64,000 nt of DNA from Patescibacteria group bacterium (GTDB lineage: Bacteria; Patescibacteriota; Patescibacteriia; UBA9570; JAHJKD01). The stretch is taken from assembly GCA_043798935.1 (NCBI GenBank), contig JAZDOC010000017.1, positions 64,381 through 128,380 on the forward strand, written 5' to 3'. The notes under the pieces are model-generated. The model made no database searches, was not told the origin of the DNA, and saw only the letters and a list, made by a program, of their open reading frames with translations. The position numbers and the translations under genes are program-made. Below are positions 16,055 to 29,700 of this stretch, in pieces (the first letter of the stretch is position 1; every line of letters begins with the position of its first letter).

Positions 16055-18466
16055 ATGAGCAAATATCAACCTAAAAAAATAGAATCTAAATGGCAAAAAT
16101 ACTGGCAAGATCATAAATCTTTTTTGGCCGACGACAATTCATCTAAACCAAAATATTATTGTTTGGATATGTTTCCTTATCCATCGGCTCATGGTCTTCA
16201 TGTTGGTCACCCCGAAGGCTATACGGCTACCGATATCATCTCACGCTATAAAAGAATGCAAGGTTTTAATGTTATGCATCCCATGGGTTGGGACGCTTTT
16301 GGCTTGCCGGCCGAAAATTTTGCAATTAAAACCGGAGTCCATCCTAAAAAAACCACCACCGATGCCATTAAAACATTCACTAAACAAATAAAATCTTTAG
16401 GTTTCAGCTACGACTGGGATAGAGAAATAAACACTTCTTCATCAGAATATTATAAATGGACGCAATGGATATTCTTACAATTATATAAAAATGGGTTGGC
16501 GTACAAAAAGAAAGCGTCTGTGAATTGGTGCGAAAGTTGTAAAACAGTTTTGGCTAATGAACAAGTTGCCAATGGAAAATGTGAGCGTTGTCAAAATGAT
16601 GTTATTCAAAAAGATTTAGAGCAATGGTTTTTTAAAACTACTAATTACGCAGAAAGATTGTTAAACGATTTAGAAAATCTTGATTGGCCCGAACCAATTA
16701 AGTTAATGCAGAAAAATTGGATTGGAAAATCTGAGGGATCAGAAATAAAATTTTCAATTTTAGATTCCCAATTTTCAATTAATGTTTTTACTACTCGGGC
16801 CGACACTCTTTATGGCGCTACTTATATGGTGCTAGCGCCCGAACATGAATTAGTTGAAAAATTAAAGGGTCAAATAACTAACTTCACAGAGGTTGAAAAA
16901 TATATTAAACAAGCGCGTGCCAAATCTGATTTACAAAGAACTGAATTACAAAAAGAAAAAACCGGTGTTTGTTTGCAAGGTATTTTAGCTGTAAATCCGG
17001 CTAATAAAAAATCCATTCCAGTGTATATAGCTGATTATGTTTTAGCTTCTTATGGTACCGGAGCCATCATGGCTGTTCCGGCACATGATGAACGCGACTG
17101 GGATTTTGCTAAAAAATATAATATAGAAATAATTAAAATTATTGATAATAATCAGATAGATGAAAAAGTTTATTGTGGCGAAGGTAAACTAATTAATAGT
17201 GCCGAGTTCAATAATATTAATTGGCAATCAGCGAAAAAGAAAATCACGGAAAAAGTTGGTGGGAAAATTACGATTAATTATAAATTGCGCGATTGGCTTA
17301 TTTCTCGACAACGTTATTGGGGTGCGCCGATTCCAATTATTTATTGCGAGAAGTGCGGTGCGGTGGCAGTTCCCGAAGAGCAATTACCGGTTGTGCTTCC
17401 CGAAGATGTAGATTTCAAACCCACTGGCGAATCACCACTCAAATATTCGAAAACTTTTCATGAAGTTTCTTGCCCCAGTTGTGGTGCCACCACGGGCGTG
17501 CGTCGAGAAAACGATACCATGGATACTTTTGTGTGCTCATCTTGGTATTATCTTAGATATTGCGATCCTAAAAACAGTGAAGCGTTTGCCGATAATGATA
17601 AATTAAAAAAATGGCTACCGGTTGATCTTTATGTGGGCGGGGCCGAGCATGCCTGTATGCATTTAATTTACGCCCGCTTCTTTTACAAAGTTTTAAAAGA
17701 TTTAGGTTATATTAATATCGAAGAAAAAATTGATCATAATGAACCATTTTCAAAATTGAAGAATCAGGGAATGATTCTGGGCGAAGATCATCAAAAAATG
17801 TCGAAATCTCGCGGAAATGTAATAAATCCAGACGATGTAGTAAATGAATATGGTGCCGACACCTTGCGTTTATACGAAATGTTTATGGGCGCTTTTGAAG
17901 ATGTGAAACCATGGGACACTAATAGCATAAAAGGAGTGTTTCGTTTTTTAGATAGAGTTTGGAATTTTTATAACATTAATTTTGAAACCGAAACAAACAG
18001 TCGGGAGGTCGATATCATTACTAACCAAACAATTAAAAAAGTAAGTGAAGATTTAGAAAATTTTAAATTTAATACGGCTTTATCGCAGCTAATGATTTGT
18101 TTAAATAAATATTTTGCCGATTTGCCGAATCAATCTAATGCCAAACAGTTTATTAAATTACTTTATCCTTTTGCGCCACACATAGCCAGTGAAATTGCCG
18201 AGCGCTTTTTTTCGGCCGACGCTGATTTCTTTAATTCATGGCCGGAATATAATCCGGCATTTATTATTAACGACAATGTAGAAATTATTATTCAAATAAA
18301 CGGTAAGGTGCGCGATAAATTAATTGTCCCAGCTGGTGATAGCGAGAACCAGAAAAAAATTGAACAGCTGGCTTTAAGCAGTGTAAAAGTAAAGAGTTTT
18401 TTAAATGGGCAGAAACCAAAAAAAATTATTTTTATTAAAGGAAAATTAATGAGTCTTGTGGTCTGA
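16055..18466 (+). CDS. leuS: Leucyl-tRNA synthetase.
   Basis: 803 aa. It has the HIGH-type motif HVGHPEGYTATD, the KMSKS motif KMSKSRGN and class I editing/anticodon-binding architecture. A GGGAG Shine-Dalgarno lies upstream. Confidence 0.95.
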   Translation: MSKYQPKKIESKWQKYWQDHKSFLADDNSSKPKYYCLDMFPYPSAHGLHVGHPEGYTATDIISRYKRMQGFNVMHPMGWDAFGLPAENFAIKTGVHPKKTTTDAIKTFTKQIKSLGFSYDWDREINTSSSEYYKWTQWIFLQLYKNGLAYKKKASVNWCESCKTVLANEQVANGKCERCQNDVIQKDLEQWFFKTTNYAERLLNDLENLDWPEPIKLMQKNWIGKSEGSEIKFSILDSQFSINVFTTRADTLYGATYMVLAPEHELVEKLKGQITNFTEVEKYIKQARAKSDLQRTELQKEKTGVCLQGILAVNPANKKSIPVYIADYVLASYGTGAIMAVPAHDERDWDFAKKYNIEIIKIIDNNQIDEKVYCGEGKLINSAEFNNINWQSAKKKITEKVGGKITINYKLRDWLISRQRYWGAPIPIIYCEKCGAVAVPEEQLPVVLPEDVDFKPTGESPLKYSKTFHEVSCPSCGATTGVRRENDTMDTFVCSSWYYLRYCDPKNSEAFADNDKLKKWLPVDLYVGGAEHACMHLIYARFFYKVLKDLGYINIEEKIDHNEPFSKLKNQGMILGEDHQKMSKSRGNVINPDDVVNEYGADTLRLYEMFMGAFEDVKPWDTNSIKGVFRFLDRVWNFYNINFETETNSREVDIITNQTIKKVSEDLENFKFNTALSQLMICLNKYFADLPNQSNAKQFIKLLYPFAPHIASEIAERFFSADADFFNSWPEYNPAFIINDNVEIIIQINGKVRDKLIVPAGDSENQKKIEQLALSSVKVKSFLNGQKPKKIIFIKGKLMSLVV

Positions 18467-18483
18467 TATTTAATAAAAAAAGG

Positions 18484-18509
18484 CCCCCTAAATTTATTGG
18501 GGTTTTTTT
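18484..18509 (+). terminator. Intrinsic terminator after leuS.
   Basis: cccc-taaatttatt-gggg is followed by ttttttt (18503-18509). Confidence 0.55.
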
Positions 18510-18548
18510 ATTTAAAGAAATAATCGATTTATATGATATACTATATTA

Positions 18549-19118
18549 ATGCAAAAACAAATTGATCAAGCCGTGGGAATATTAAAACAAGGCGGTATTG
18601 TAATTTATCCCACAGACACGGCTTATGCGATTGGTTGCAAATTTAAAAATCGAACTGGGATTAACAAAATTCTTAGAATTAAAAAAAGAAAAGATAAAAA
18701 GTTTACTTTAATCGCATCTTCTTTATATCAAGTTGAAAAATTTTTTAAATTAAATTCTTGTCAGAGAAAAATTGCTAAAAAATATTGGCCCGGTCCGGTT
18801 TCTATTGTAGTTAGTAATAATTTTTCTGTTAGAGTTCCTAAAAATAATATTGCCCGACAATTAGCCAAAAGCGCCGGAGAGCCGATTATTGCCACCAGTT
18901 TAAACATTTCTGGCGAGGCGACTATATATAATTTAGAAAAAATTCAATATACGGCATTACAAAAAAAAATAAATCATGAACAAATAGAAATTGTTGATAG
19001 CGGGTCATTGACAAAACGAAAACCGTCGGCTATTATACAATGTTTTACAAACAATAAAATAAAAATATTACGCCATGGACCGATCCACATCTCGGCCGAG
19101 CAGTTCTTCACCAAGTGA
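18549..19118 (+). CDS. tsaC: L-threonylcarbamoyladenylate synthase (YrdC/TsaC/Sua5 family).
   Basis: 189 aa. It has the YrdC N-terminal signature GGIVIYPTDTAYAIGC. Confidence 0.85.
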   Translation: MQKQIDQAVGILKQGGIVIYPTDTAYAIGCKFKNRTGINKILRIKKRKDKKFTLIASSLYQVEKFFKLNSCQRKIAKKYWPGPVSIVVSNNFSVRVPKNNIARQLAKSAGEPIIATSLNISGEATIYNLEKIQYTALQKKINHEQIEIVDSGSLTKRKPSAIIQCFTNNKIKILRHGPIHISAEQFFTK

Positions 19119-19122
19119 AGAA

Positions 19123-19935
19123 ATGCAACGGCTAAAATATCTTTTAAATAAATATAAAATTAAACCGCGTCGCGAGAGTGGTCAGAATTTTTTAGTTAAT
19201 GATCAAATTGCGAAAAAGATCATTACAGCAGCTGAAGTTAATAAAGAAGATATAATTTTAGAAATCGGTTCCGGTTTAGGAGCTATGACGCCTTATTTAT
19301 GTGCGGTGGCTAAAAAAGTTATTACTGTAGAACAAGATCGAAATTTTATTCCGATTTTAAATCAATTAAAACCAGTTTGTCCAAATTTAGAAATAATAAA
19401 TAGTGATATTTTTAAAGTTAATTTAGAAAAAAACAATATTTTAAATGGTAAATTTAAAATAGTAGCTAATTTACCTTATAATATCACCTCATTAATATTC
19501 CGGTATTTTTTAGAGCATGGTCCCAGGCCATCTGTAATGAGCGTGCTTGTTCAGAAGGAAGTGGCCGAGAGGATCGTGGCTAAACCTGGCCAGTTAAGCA
19601 AGCTGGCCATATCGGTTCAGTTGTTCGGTGAGCCAAAAATTGTTCAAATTGTTCCAAAAAAAGATTTTTTTCCTGAACCCAAAATAGATTCGGCTATTTT
19701 ATTAATAAATAATATATGTTTACCAAGTAATATTTACGACATTAAGAAGTTTTTTAGAATAATAAATATTGGTTTTTCCAGTAAACGTAAAACTTTAGCT
19801 AATAATTTGTCAGTTGGATTGAAATTAGATAAAAAAGAAGCCATTTCACTGCTTCAGAAAAGCAATATTAATGTAAATTGTCGGGCGCAAGAGCTTAGTT
19901 TAGAACAATGGGGTATTATTGTTGACCGTGTATGA
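19123..19935 (+). CDS. rsmA: 16S rRNA (adenine1518/1519-N6)-dimethyltransferase.
   Basis: It has the KsgA motifs RRESGQNFLVNDQIAKKI, the SAM-binding EIGSGLGAMT and NLPYNITS. I place the start at MQRLKYL (19123), downstream of the ORF-track Met at 19075. Confidence 0.9.
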   Translation: MQRLKYLLNKYKIKPRRESGQNFLVNDQIAKKIITAAEVNKEDIILEIGSGLGAMTPYLCAVAKKVITVEQDRNFIPILNQLKPVCPNLEIINSDIFKVNLEKNNILNGKFKIVANLPYNITSLIFRYFLEHGPRPSVMSVLVQKEVAERIVAKPGQLSKLAISVQLFGEPKIVQIVPKKDFFPEPKIDSAILLINNICLPSNIYDIKKFFRIINIGFSSKRKTLANNLSVGLKLDKKEAISLLQKSNINVNCRAQELSLEQWGIIVDRV

Positions 19936-19980
19936 TTAAATGTGATATAATAAATTAGTCTTTATTAGCTTATTTAATGA

Positions 19981-20760
19981 ATGTCAGACATTAAACAAAT
20001 ACAAAAAAACAAACGCATCCAAAGGCAGATTATTGGAATTTTTGTGGTAGTTGGTTTAGCAGTTTTAATACTTGGTTTTTTAAATTTAAGAAGTAATTTA
20101 AAAAAGCCGTTTATAAGCTATTATACCAATTACAATAAACTTACTGATGAACAAGAACAAACCGATGCGCTTTTAGCCCTCCGCGCCAAAGATTCTGATG
20201 GCGATGGATTGACCGATTACGATGAGTTATATCAATATAAAACAAGTCCTTATATAGCAGATTCTGATTCTGATGGCTACGACGATAATACTGAAATTAG
20301 CAGCGGATATGACCCAAATTGCCCAAAAGGGCAAGATTGCAAGCGTTTAATTGATGAAACTAGCACTAATACAAACTCGGCCTCAACCAATACAGATACC
20401 AGTGAAGAGCTAACCCCTGAACATTTAAGGCAAGTATTAATTGCTAATGGAGTTTCTCAAGCAGATTTAGACTTATTAGACGACGCTACTTTAATGGAAT
20501 ACTACCAAGAGGCTATTAATGAATCCAACCAAGATGTTGAGCAGAAATACAGCGAAAATACTAATGAAACAGATCCGAATGCAGAATTATTAAATACTAA
20601 TCAGTCGACTAATAACACAGCGAGCGTGGGAAGTCTGCAAAATTTATCGGCCGATGATTTAAGAAAATTATTAATAAACACCGGCGATTTCAGTGAAGCA
20701 GACTTAGCTACCATTGATGACGATCAATTAATGAGTATTTATCAAGAATCAATAAAATAA
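19981..20760 (+). CDS. Membrane-anchored protein with Ca-binding TSP3/dockerin-like Asp repeats and an internal ~40-aa duplicated helical motif.
   Basis: It has an N-terminal TM helix (IIGIFVVVGLAVLILGFL) and the Asp repeats DSDGDGLTDYDE and DSDSDGYDDNTE. A duplicated segment reads LTPEHLRQVLIANGVSQADLDLLDDATLMEYYQEAI and LSADDLRKLLINTGDFSEADLATIDDDQLMSIYQESI. Confidence 0.55.
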   Translation: MSDIKQIQKNKRIQRQIIGIFVVVGLAVLILGFLNLRSNLKKPFISYYTNYNKLTDEQEQTDALLALRAKDSDGDGLTDYDELYQYKTSPYIADSDSDGYDDNTEISSGYDPNCPKGQDCKRLIDETSTNTNSASTNTDTSEELTPEHLRQVLIANGVSQADLDLLDDATLMEYYQEAINESNQDVEQKYSENTNETDPNAELLNTNQSTNNTASVGSLQNLSADDLRKLLINTGDFSEADLATIDDDQLMSIYQESIK

Positions 20761-20771
20761 ATTTTTATATT

Positions 20772-23700
20772 ATGCCAACTCTACTCAAACATAAAAAAAT
20801 AATTATCAGCTTATTATTAATTAGTACGGTTTTATTAAGTATATCCGGCATTTTTTATCCAAAAACTACTTATGCATTTCCAGCTGAAATCACTACTCAA
20901 GGTCCGGATTGGCAGATAAAAAATATTAAAGAAGTTATTTTAAAAAAGCTTCAAGACATTGGTTATGGTATGTACAGAAATGCCATGAATGCTTTTTTGG
21001 GCCGAGCTGCCTATGATTTAGCCACTGCTATTGCGACTGGAGGAACCGGGCAACAACCATTAATGTTTACGGAAACACCCGGTGCTTATGTTCGAGATTT
21101 AGCTGATGCAGCTGCCGGAGCCGCTATTGAAACTTTTGCCACTGACCTTGGTTTTGATGCGGCCGCTATATGCCACCCCACTAACCCAGAATTTAAAATT
21201 AAACTTGGTCTCGACTTGGAAGGATTGTTTGGTGGGGAAAGCTATTATAAACCGGTTTGTACTTTTTCCGAGTTTCAGGATAATTGGAATGATTTTTTTC
21301 AGGATCCAGAATTTGATAAATTTGTTTCAGCCCAATGGGATCCCAAAGTAAACCCGCTTGGGCAGGCACTTTCTGCAATTGATTATGTCCAAGCTCAATA
21401 CGATGACGCTACAAAACAAGCTGAACTTGAAAGATTAGTGAGTGGCAGTTTTAAAGACTTGAAAGATCTTGGAGGACACATTACTTCGCCTGGGTCGTTA
21501 ATAGAAAAGCAATGGGGAATTACTCAAGAAACTAGTTTTGAGGGTTTAAAATCTTTAGGTTCACCACTAGCCGATGCAGCTAATATTTTTTCAAATACTT
21601 TGTTTACTAAGTTATCTAAGCGAGTTCAGCAAGGCTTGGTTTCTATAACCAGCTTAAATTTATCCAGTTTAATAGCCGGCTCATCAGGCGGTACAACTTC
21701 AGGCATTAAGGCCGCGCAAGCTACTTACACTTCCTTTAATCAGCCTAATTTTGTGACTACCGGCAGCTATGATGTACTGGCAGATTTAGCGATTTGTCCT
21801 GAAGCCAGCGCAAGCACTTCTGAAAATTGCGTTATCGGTTCTACCATGCAAACCGCTATTGAAAATAAGTGGACTGTTAATGAATTCGTGGATTATTTAT
21901 CAGAAGTACAAGGAAATTCGGAATTTAGGTTTTCTCAAGATAATATTGGCAGTCCGGAAGAAGGCATTACTTATCGTGGAATATTAGTTTTGAAAAAATA
22001 TCGCATTGTTCCGGTTGGCTGGCAATTAGCCGCTGAATTTATTCGAAGCGAGAAAACAACTCAGGAGCCAACATTAAAACAATTAATGGATTGTTATGAT
22101 GCTTGCGGTGCTGAAGGGTCGCAAGGTGAGTGTCAATATATATTGGAAAACACTACTTATTCGCCGTTTTGTAAATTAGTTGATCCGTCTTGGGTATTAA
22201 AAGCACCGGAATATTATTGTGAACGTGAAGCACCGGGCTCGAGCATTGTGTATGATGAATTTTACGATACGGATGGCATGTCGCAAACTCAAGAAACCAG
22301 AACTATTGGTCGGGCTCAAGAATGTGTGGACGAACGTGGCTGTATTCAGGAACAAGTGGAAAATATTTGTACAGCTTATGGCTATTGTTCAGCTGAAAAA
22401 AGAATTTATCGTAGCGACGGCGACGTGTGCGATGCGGCTTATGCATCGTGCCAGTCTTTTGAAGTTAAAGAAGAAGGTGATGTGCTCGAAGGGCAAACTG
22501 TTTCTTATTTAAAATACGATTTAAATTACGGCGATTGCGCTACTGATCCGGGATGTAAATGGTATTGCTTGGCGCAAGATGCCGGGGGCTCTTATATATG
22601 TAAAGATCAAGACACTGTTTATAATGTTTGCGACAATTCTGACAGCACTTATTACACGGCTGAGAGTTGTACTTGCGAAACGCAAGAAAGTTGCTGGGTA
22701 AATGCCGGATCCGGTTCAGAAGATGATAGATACCGAACTTGCAGTTTAGGTTATTGTGCTGAAGACTCAACCATAAATTTAAAATCAGACTGCGATGCCA
22801 TTAGCGGCACGTGGGTAGGAAGCGGTGCCACTTGTAATTTAGGTGATAATTGCGGTGAAACAAGCCCGTATTATAGCCATACTAATGAGCAGTGTTATTG
22901 TTCGGTTCAAAATTCTTGCGACATCTATGTTGATACCGACGGCGATGGATACACTAGTGGTTCAACCAGTTCTTGTATATATACATACGATAGCGGTGAA
23001 GCAATTAATTGCTCGTTAAGCGCTGATTGTTCAGCCGATAATGAAACTTATTCATCACAGGGTTATTGTAAAGCCTATGATGCCGGGGATAATACTTGTA
23101 TTGTTCAATCCGGTGCAGGCAGTTGTATCAATGATTTAGGAAATACTTGTACTTTTGGGTATTGCGTTAACGATGATGGCGGATATGAAAGCGACGGCAT
23201 GTTAGATTGCGCTGATGATGGGTTTACTTGGCTTACAACAGCTTGCACTAGCGATATAGCCGATGTTCCTGATGCCAGCGGTATCAATAAATATTGTACT
23301 TGCAATTTAGGTGATGCTGATATCTGCGAGGTATCTGAAGGTGGCTATTCATGCACTACCGATAGTGGTACCAAACAAATATTAGGCACCGAAGAAGAAG
23401 CTGATATTGTTCCCGACGCACCGGATTTAGTTTATAATGTTTCAATTAATTTAGATCATAATGCAGCTGAATGCGATAGTGAAAATGCAGGCTGTAATTT
23501 ATATTATAGGGTTTTATCTGATACGAACCTACTATATAACGCAACTTTCCAGACAATTTATACGGCTGGTGGCGATGAAGTTGACGATGAGTTTGATAAT
23601 CAAGATCGTTTTGGTTTCTATGCTATTACCGGGCAAGGTTGTTTAATAGACGACGCTACCGCTGGTGGATGTATCGGTTGGCAGCAGCACGGAGTAAGCG

Positions 23701-26700
23701 CTTACGCCATTAGCGGTAATGGTGATACGTATAATCATCCAGACATCATAAATACTTATGGGCAATCCATAATATTACCGGCCGATACTACTGGCACTGG
23801 CTATATTTCCAACACCATTGATACCGGTTATGAGTTAGCTGATAGAACTTTCATTTTTGCATATAGTGGTGCCAGCGATTCTTCAGCCACGCCAAAATTT
23901 GCTGTTGGCTCGGCTGATGGTTCATACTCTATAACTATTCCCACTTCCATTTCCAGCGACGAAACAGCTGATTACGATTATTATAATGAAGACGGTTCGA
24001 TTATTTCTTATAGCACTACATATCAAGATTATTATTACACCTTTACTTTCCCGAATAGCGTTACCGATACTGCTATTACGGTTTATATTTATGCGTCGAC
24101 TGAAGCTGACGTTTCAATCGATGTAGCGCAATTAACTGAAGCTTCCTCATGGAACGGTAGTTATGCCGGTTATGGAGAAAATAATGCTACATATTTATAT
24201 GGGCAAAATGTTGAATGTGAAGCCGAAGATATCGGTTGTAAATTGTATACTCCGCTAGATCAAGATGATGCCACAGCTATTCCGGCGCAAATTACCAATC
24301 CTTATTCCACGGTTTGCGGATCAGGCAGTGATTTTTCAAACATTAATTGTAATCAATGTAATAACATCGATACTGAGCTTGGCCAAGAAGATTATTATGT
24401 GGGTTGTGATTTTTATCAGGAAATGCCGCTTACAAATAATTTCCCGGTTGCATCAGATCCAACCAGTTGGACGCTTTCTGACGTTACCGAGCGGTTAGCT
24501 GTAGCTCAGCGTACCGGTTATTATTGTGCCGATACCACTATTTCTTGTTTTCCTGGCGATCCAGACGGCTATTGCGCTTCACCGCTTGATTGTGTAAATA
24601 ATGTTTCCTTAATTCCAGATACTGGCTTGTCTTGTTCGGCCAGCGCGGTTGGTTGCGAGGAATATACCAACCTCGATACTGTATCTAGTGGTGGCGAAGG
24701 ATTAGAATATTATTCTTTCATTAAACAGTGTGTTAAAGATACCGACGATAATGCTTATACATTTCATACTTGGGAAGGCTCGGATACTGATGGCTATGCC
24801 ATGGTTCTTTATAATCTTAAAGCTTCTAACATTGAAGAAGATGGCAGTGTTTGTACAGACGGCATTTGCCCGCCTTGCACGCATTTAGATCCTGAAGTCG
24901 AAGATCCTAATGCCGAATGTCTAGACAGCACCGATCCAACTTCTTTATATTATGTTGAAGATTGTACAGCCGTATATGGCACAGATCCTGATTGTGTTAA
25001 ATTATATGATGATGAATTAAATACTTATTACCGTTATGCTTCTCAAACCGTTACTGTTTCCGCCGACTGCTTAGCACTTAGAAACACTTTAGATCAACGA
25101 GTTTATTATTCCATGTTAGATGAAAGCACGACTTGTTCGGCCGCTGATGCCGGGTGCCGAGAATATCAGGGTAGCGACAGCGGAGCAGTTGAACAGATTG
25201 TTAATGAAGTTTACGATGAAAATTCTACGGATAATTGGACTGGTGCAATTTCCACTTCCAATGAATCATTATTTACCGACGATTATTCACTTCGCTTAGA
25301 TAGCGGCACTCCCGATGACGATCCATCCTTAGACGCTACAACAGCTAATACCATTACTTACAATTTATATACAACCACTACTGGTTCAGACGGCGAAACT
25401 GTTTATTATTCCGATGTGGATGCGGGCGCTACTTATATTGCTACTTTCTGGGCCAAGGGTGATGGTGCCTTAAACATTAGTTTGAATGGTGCCAGTTTAT
25501 CCGATACTTATTACTTCACAGAAACTGGTTCAGAATTAGGAAGCGCAACATCTACTGATCGCGATATCGCAATTTCCGATAGCTGGACATATTATATTCT
25601 TGGCCCCATAAATTTGCCGGCTGGTGAAGATACCGACGACGCAGCTTTAGTACTAAATTATACTGGTAGCACTTCTAGTTCAGCCGGATACATCGATAAC
25701 GTAGTGATCGAGAAAAACAGCAGTCAATATTTAGTCAAAGGCAGTTTTGACTCTTGTTACGATTATGAAGGTTGCCGACGTTATCGTGATAATGATAGAG
25801 ACACAAATTATCTAAAATCATTCAAAAGGCTTTGCGAAGATTCAGCCGTGAATTGTGAAGCCATGTTTAACACTTCCAATTCTACCAACGAATTTACCGA
25901 AATTTTCTTAACCACTAATGAATATTCAACTGATGATGTAGTCGTGCCTTATGATCAAATTCAACCGGTAATTTATAATAGTGATGAAACTTGTTCATCG
26001 ACAAATAAGGGATGCACAGCCGTAGCACTTCCAGATATTAATGAACAAACCGGATTAATAAGCTCATTAGATACGGTTTATCGTGTATTAGACCCAGATA
26101 AATACAGCGTCAGTTTATGTGAAGACCCGCATTTACAATGCAAAGAATATTATTCTGACTATGATGGTACAGTATATTTTAAAGATCCAGGAGACAGAAC
26201 TTGTGATTATAAAACCTACACCAATTCCGATGGTGCCAGTGTTTATGGATGGTTTATAAAAGATTCTGAAGCCACCAGTCCGAATTGCCCGAAAATGTAT
26301 GAATACGACGATCCGTCTCAACCAATGGGTTCGGTTTGTAATAGCAATAGCTTAACTAAAACCGGCGATAAATGTAATAACGATTATGATTGCTACCCAG
26401 ATGGCTGGTACAGTGGCATGCCCACACCGCGTTGTATTTCTCGAGTTGAAGATGATATTGATCAAGATGCTGCCAATGGCTACAGTTTAGACAGAAACAA
26501 AAATTTCGGTTGGGTTGGAACTTGTGATGAACAAAATAGTGGTTGTAGTGAATATATTGATCCTAACAGTCCGAATATTGAAGAAGCTATAAGGAATAGT
26601 GGTTTTGAAAATAATGTTAAAAATAACGTGACTGGTATTTATTATACCGGCGGTGGAACCGAGGAAGATTTGCCGGATTATTGGACGCCGGTTGATAATG

Positions 26701-29700
26701 GTGAGCCGGATGAAGAAACCACAATTACTACTTCTACCATTACCCCAACTTCATATACCGTTTCAGCTTTATCATCTGTAATCGAGCGCACTATTTCAGC
26801 CAGTTCGCCATCTACCGGAACACCTCGAAGCGGTGGTGAATTACCGGGACGGGGTGAAATTGTTGGCCCATCTTCTACCAGCACTGATTACGATATTGTT
26901 TTTGTTATTGATAATAGTGCGGGCTTAGAATTTTATGATAATGACCTTGATGATGGTGATGGTTCTTATAGCGACTTCATGGATGAAGACGATGTTGGTT
27001 GCCTGCCCCAAGGTTATGGTGCTACTTGTGAGAGTTATTCAGACATGGAAACATATATTCAAAATTTAGCCGATACTGTAACTGGTTTTTCGAGTGAATT
27101 AGACTCTAACGGTTTGACATATAAAATGGCCGTGGTTAAAGCTAGTAATCCGAGTGATGACTGGAGACCAGAAGTAGTTCAAGACATGACGAGCAGTGTT
27201 TCTGATGTGGTTAATACCATTACAGATTTAGGAAATAATGTTAGCGGTCATGAGGAACATATTTATGAAGCACTGAATTATTCTCGAGGAACTTATGTTG
27301 AAAGTGGTTATAGATTTAGCATTAGTTATGACACAGGCGCTACCAGAATAGTAATACTTTTAACTGATGCATATCCAAGTAGCGATACTCCTTCTAGTTT
27401 AGGTGATAGTTATACTAATAGTCATGGAACAAGCGGTGTTTCTTGGGATAGTTTTGATGAACGTCCTTTAAAAGAGGATATTGGAACAGGCTATACTTTA
27501 TATGCAATAGTTTCAAGTAATGATAGAACAGTTGATTATGCTTCAACTTATTATAATCCTTCGGGTGAAGCCACAACAATACTATATACTGGCACTGTTT
27601 ATGCTAATGAACCGGCTTATGACGCAATCGCATCATATACGGGCGGAGCGATTTATGAAATAGATACGGCTGATTATAATACAATTTTTTCCAGTATTAC
27701 TGATAGTATAATGGCCGATCGGGACACTGATGGCGATGGCATAGATATCGATGACGATGCTTGTTCAACTGAAGACGCATCTAGTTGTGATATCGATAGT
27801 GATGGATGTCTTGATGATGAAGATGGTGATGGTGTAAGTGATTGCGTTGATGAATGTTTAGGTTCAGACGCCAGCGATTACGATACCGACAGCAATGGCT
27901 GTATCGACGACACCGACGATGATGGCATTTTAGATGATGCGGACACAGATATCGACGCCGACGGCATAGAGGAAAGAGATTTAGATGAAGATTGGAGCTC
28001 CACTACCGATGGCGCTGAAGGAACAGCCGAGTGCTTCCAGCGCGATGAAAATAGATTTAAAGACGGCACTAATAGTTTAATGATGACCGGCGATTGTGCC
28101 ATAGTGAGCGATTATGTACCAATCGAAAGAAACAAACTTTATACACTAGAAGCATATTTCAGTATTGAAGAATATGGTCAATATGAAGGCGAAGATGATG
28201 ATAAATACCAGGATGTAAGCATTGGTGCATATTTTGTTAAATATAATGAAGACAGAAACACTTGGGAATACGTGGAAGCAACTGATGCTCAAACATATTT
28301 TGTGGCTGATAATTTAACTGTCACCCCGACCGACTATGAACAATCTGATGATTTTTCAACCGATACATCTGACCAGGATCTTTATAGCAAATGGTTGAAA
28401 GTGTCTGGTAATATCGGCATAGGATCAGACGTAGAAATCCCTGAAGATGCGGAGTTTGTTAGAATATATCTGGAAGCTAAAAATCATGGTGATGTATTAT
28501 CGCCTTGGTTCGATAAAAATGTTTGGTTTGATAGTGTAAGCTTTAAAGAGAATGATAAATATTTCATGATCGACAGCACTGTTGACGGCACTGATGAAAG
28601 AGAAGCTACTGATGAGGTGCACACTTGTATTGATCAAGACACTGAAGAAGAGGCAGTCACTTCCGATGGTGGGTGCGTAGCATTTAGAGACGCATTAAAA
28701 GATTCACAGTATTATGTACAATTTGTGACCGATGGTACATGCAATAGTTGTTCTATTACCCCAAACAGTGATTCTTGTCGGGGCGTAATTGACGCTTGCG
28801 ATACTAATGCCATATTAAAAGTTCAGAAAGATCGTGTTTGCGATGAATGGGTGGCTTGCGAGACTGCAGAAATTATTGAAGATAGCAGTGGCAGTTCAAA
28901 ATATACCTGTTTCAGTTTACAGCCGTGTAATAAAATTAACGATGAAGGTAAATGTATTTCCTGGGTGCCAAAACCGGTTTATGAGGATTTGGATACCCAA
29001 ACTGATATAACTTATTATACTGCCGCCGGCGATACAGACCAACTATATGCCATGCAAAATTTAACCGGTTATGTTAAGGCCGGTTTAACCTGGAGCGATT
29101 ATAAAATGTGTAATGGTGGTATTAATGCTGGTAATTATTGCACTTCTAATGATGACTGCTTAGATGTTGGAACATGTGAAAGCGAAGTTATTGATTTACC
29201 GGACGAAGATGGAGGTTTGGGTATGGATATTATACAATTTGTCTGTCTCGGTGGTTCGAAAAACGGTGAAGATTGTGCCAGCTCTTCTGCCTTTGGTCTT
29301 AGTGGTGATGATTCGCTTTGCGAAGGCGACTGGGATGGCGCATGTAACTTACCACTAATCGTTGAAGGTTATTATCCTTACGGTTGGATGTATGAAGCCG
29401 GAGAAGCCGGGTCTGAATACGGCGTTGAACTTATAGAATATAATAATTTTGAAAATTTATATTGTGCTGGCAATAAAATTAAAAATAGGATTCCTTGTAT
29501 AAGTAACAGCTATGAATCTGAAATCGGTAGTCATTGTTGGTCGGCTAATTTAGAAGTATATCAGAGCGACGAAGATCCTAATAATGATCCAGTTGAAGGA
29601 ACTTCAGGTGAAGATAATAAGTCAGCAGATTATTATTGTGCTAATTCAACTGAATGGAGTGAATTCCCTTTCAGCCAGCCGGCTGAATATACCGAAACCG

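Noticed and set aside
18549-19935. A 44-nt overlap between tsaC and ksgA implied by the ORF track.
   Set aside because: The KsgA homology begins at the internal Met (MQRLKYL, 19123), which lies 4 nt after the tsaC stop. The overlap comes from the ORF caller using the first ATG.
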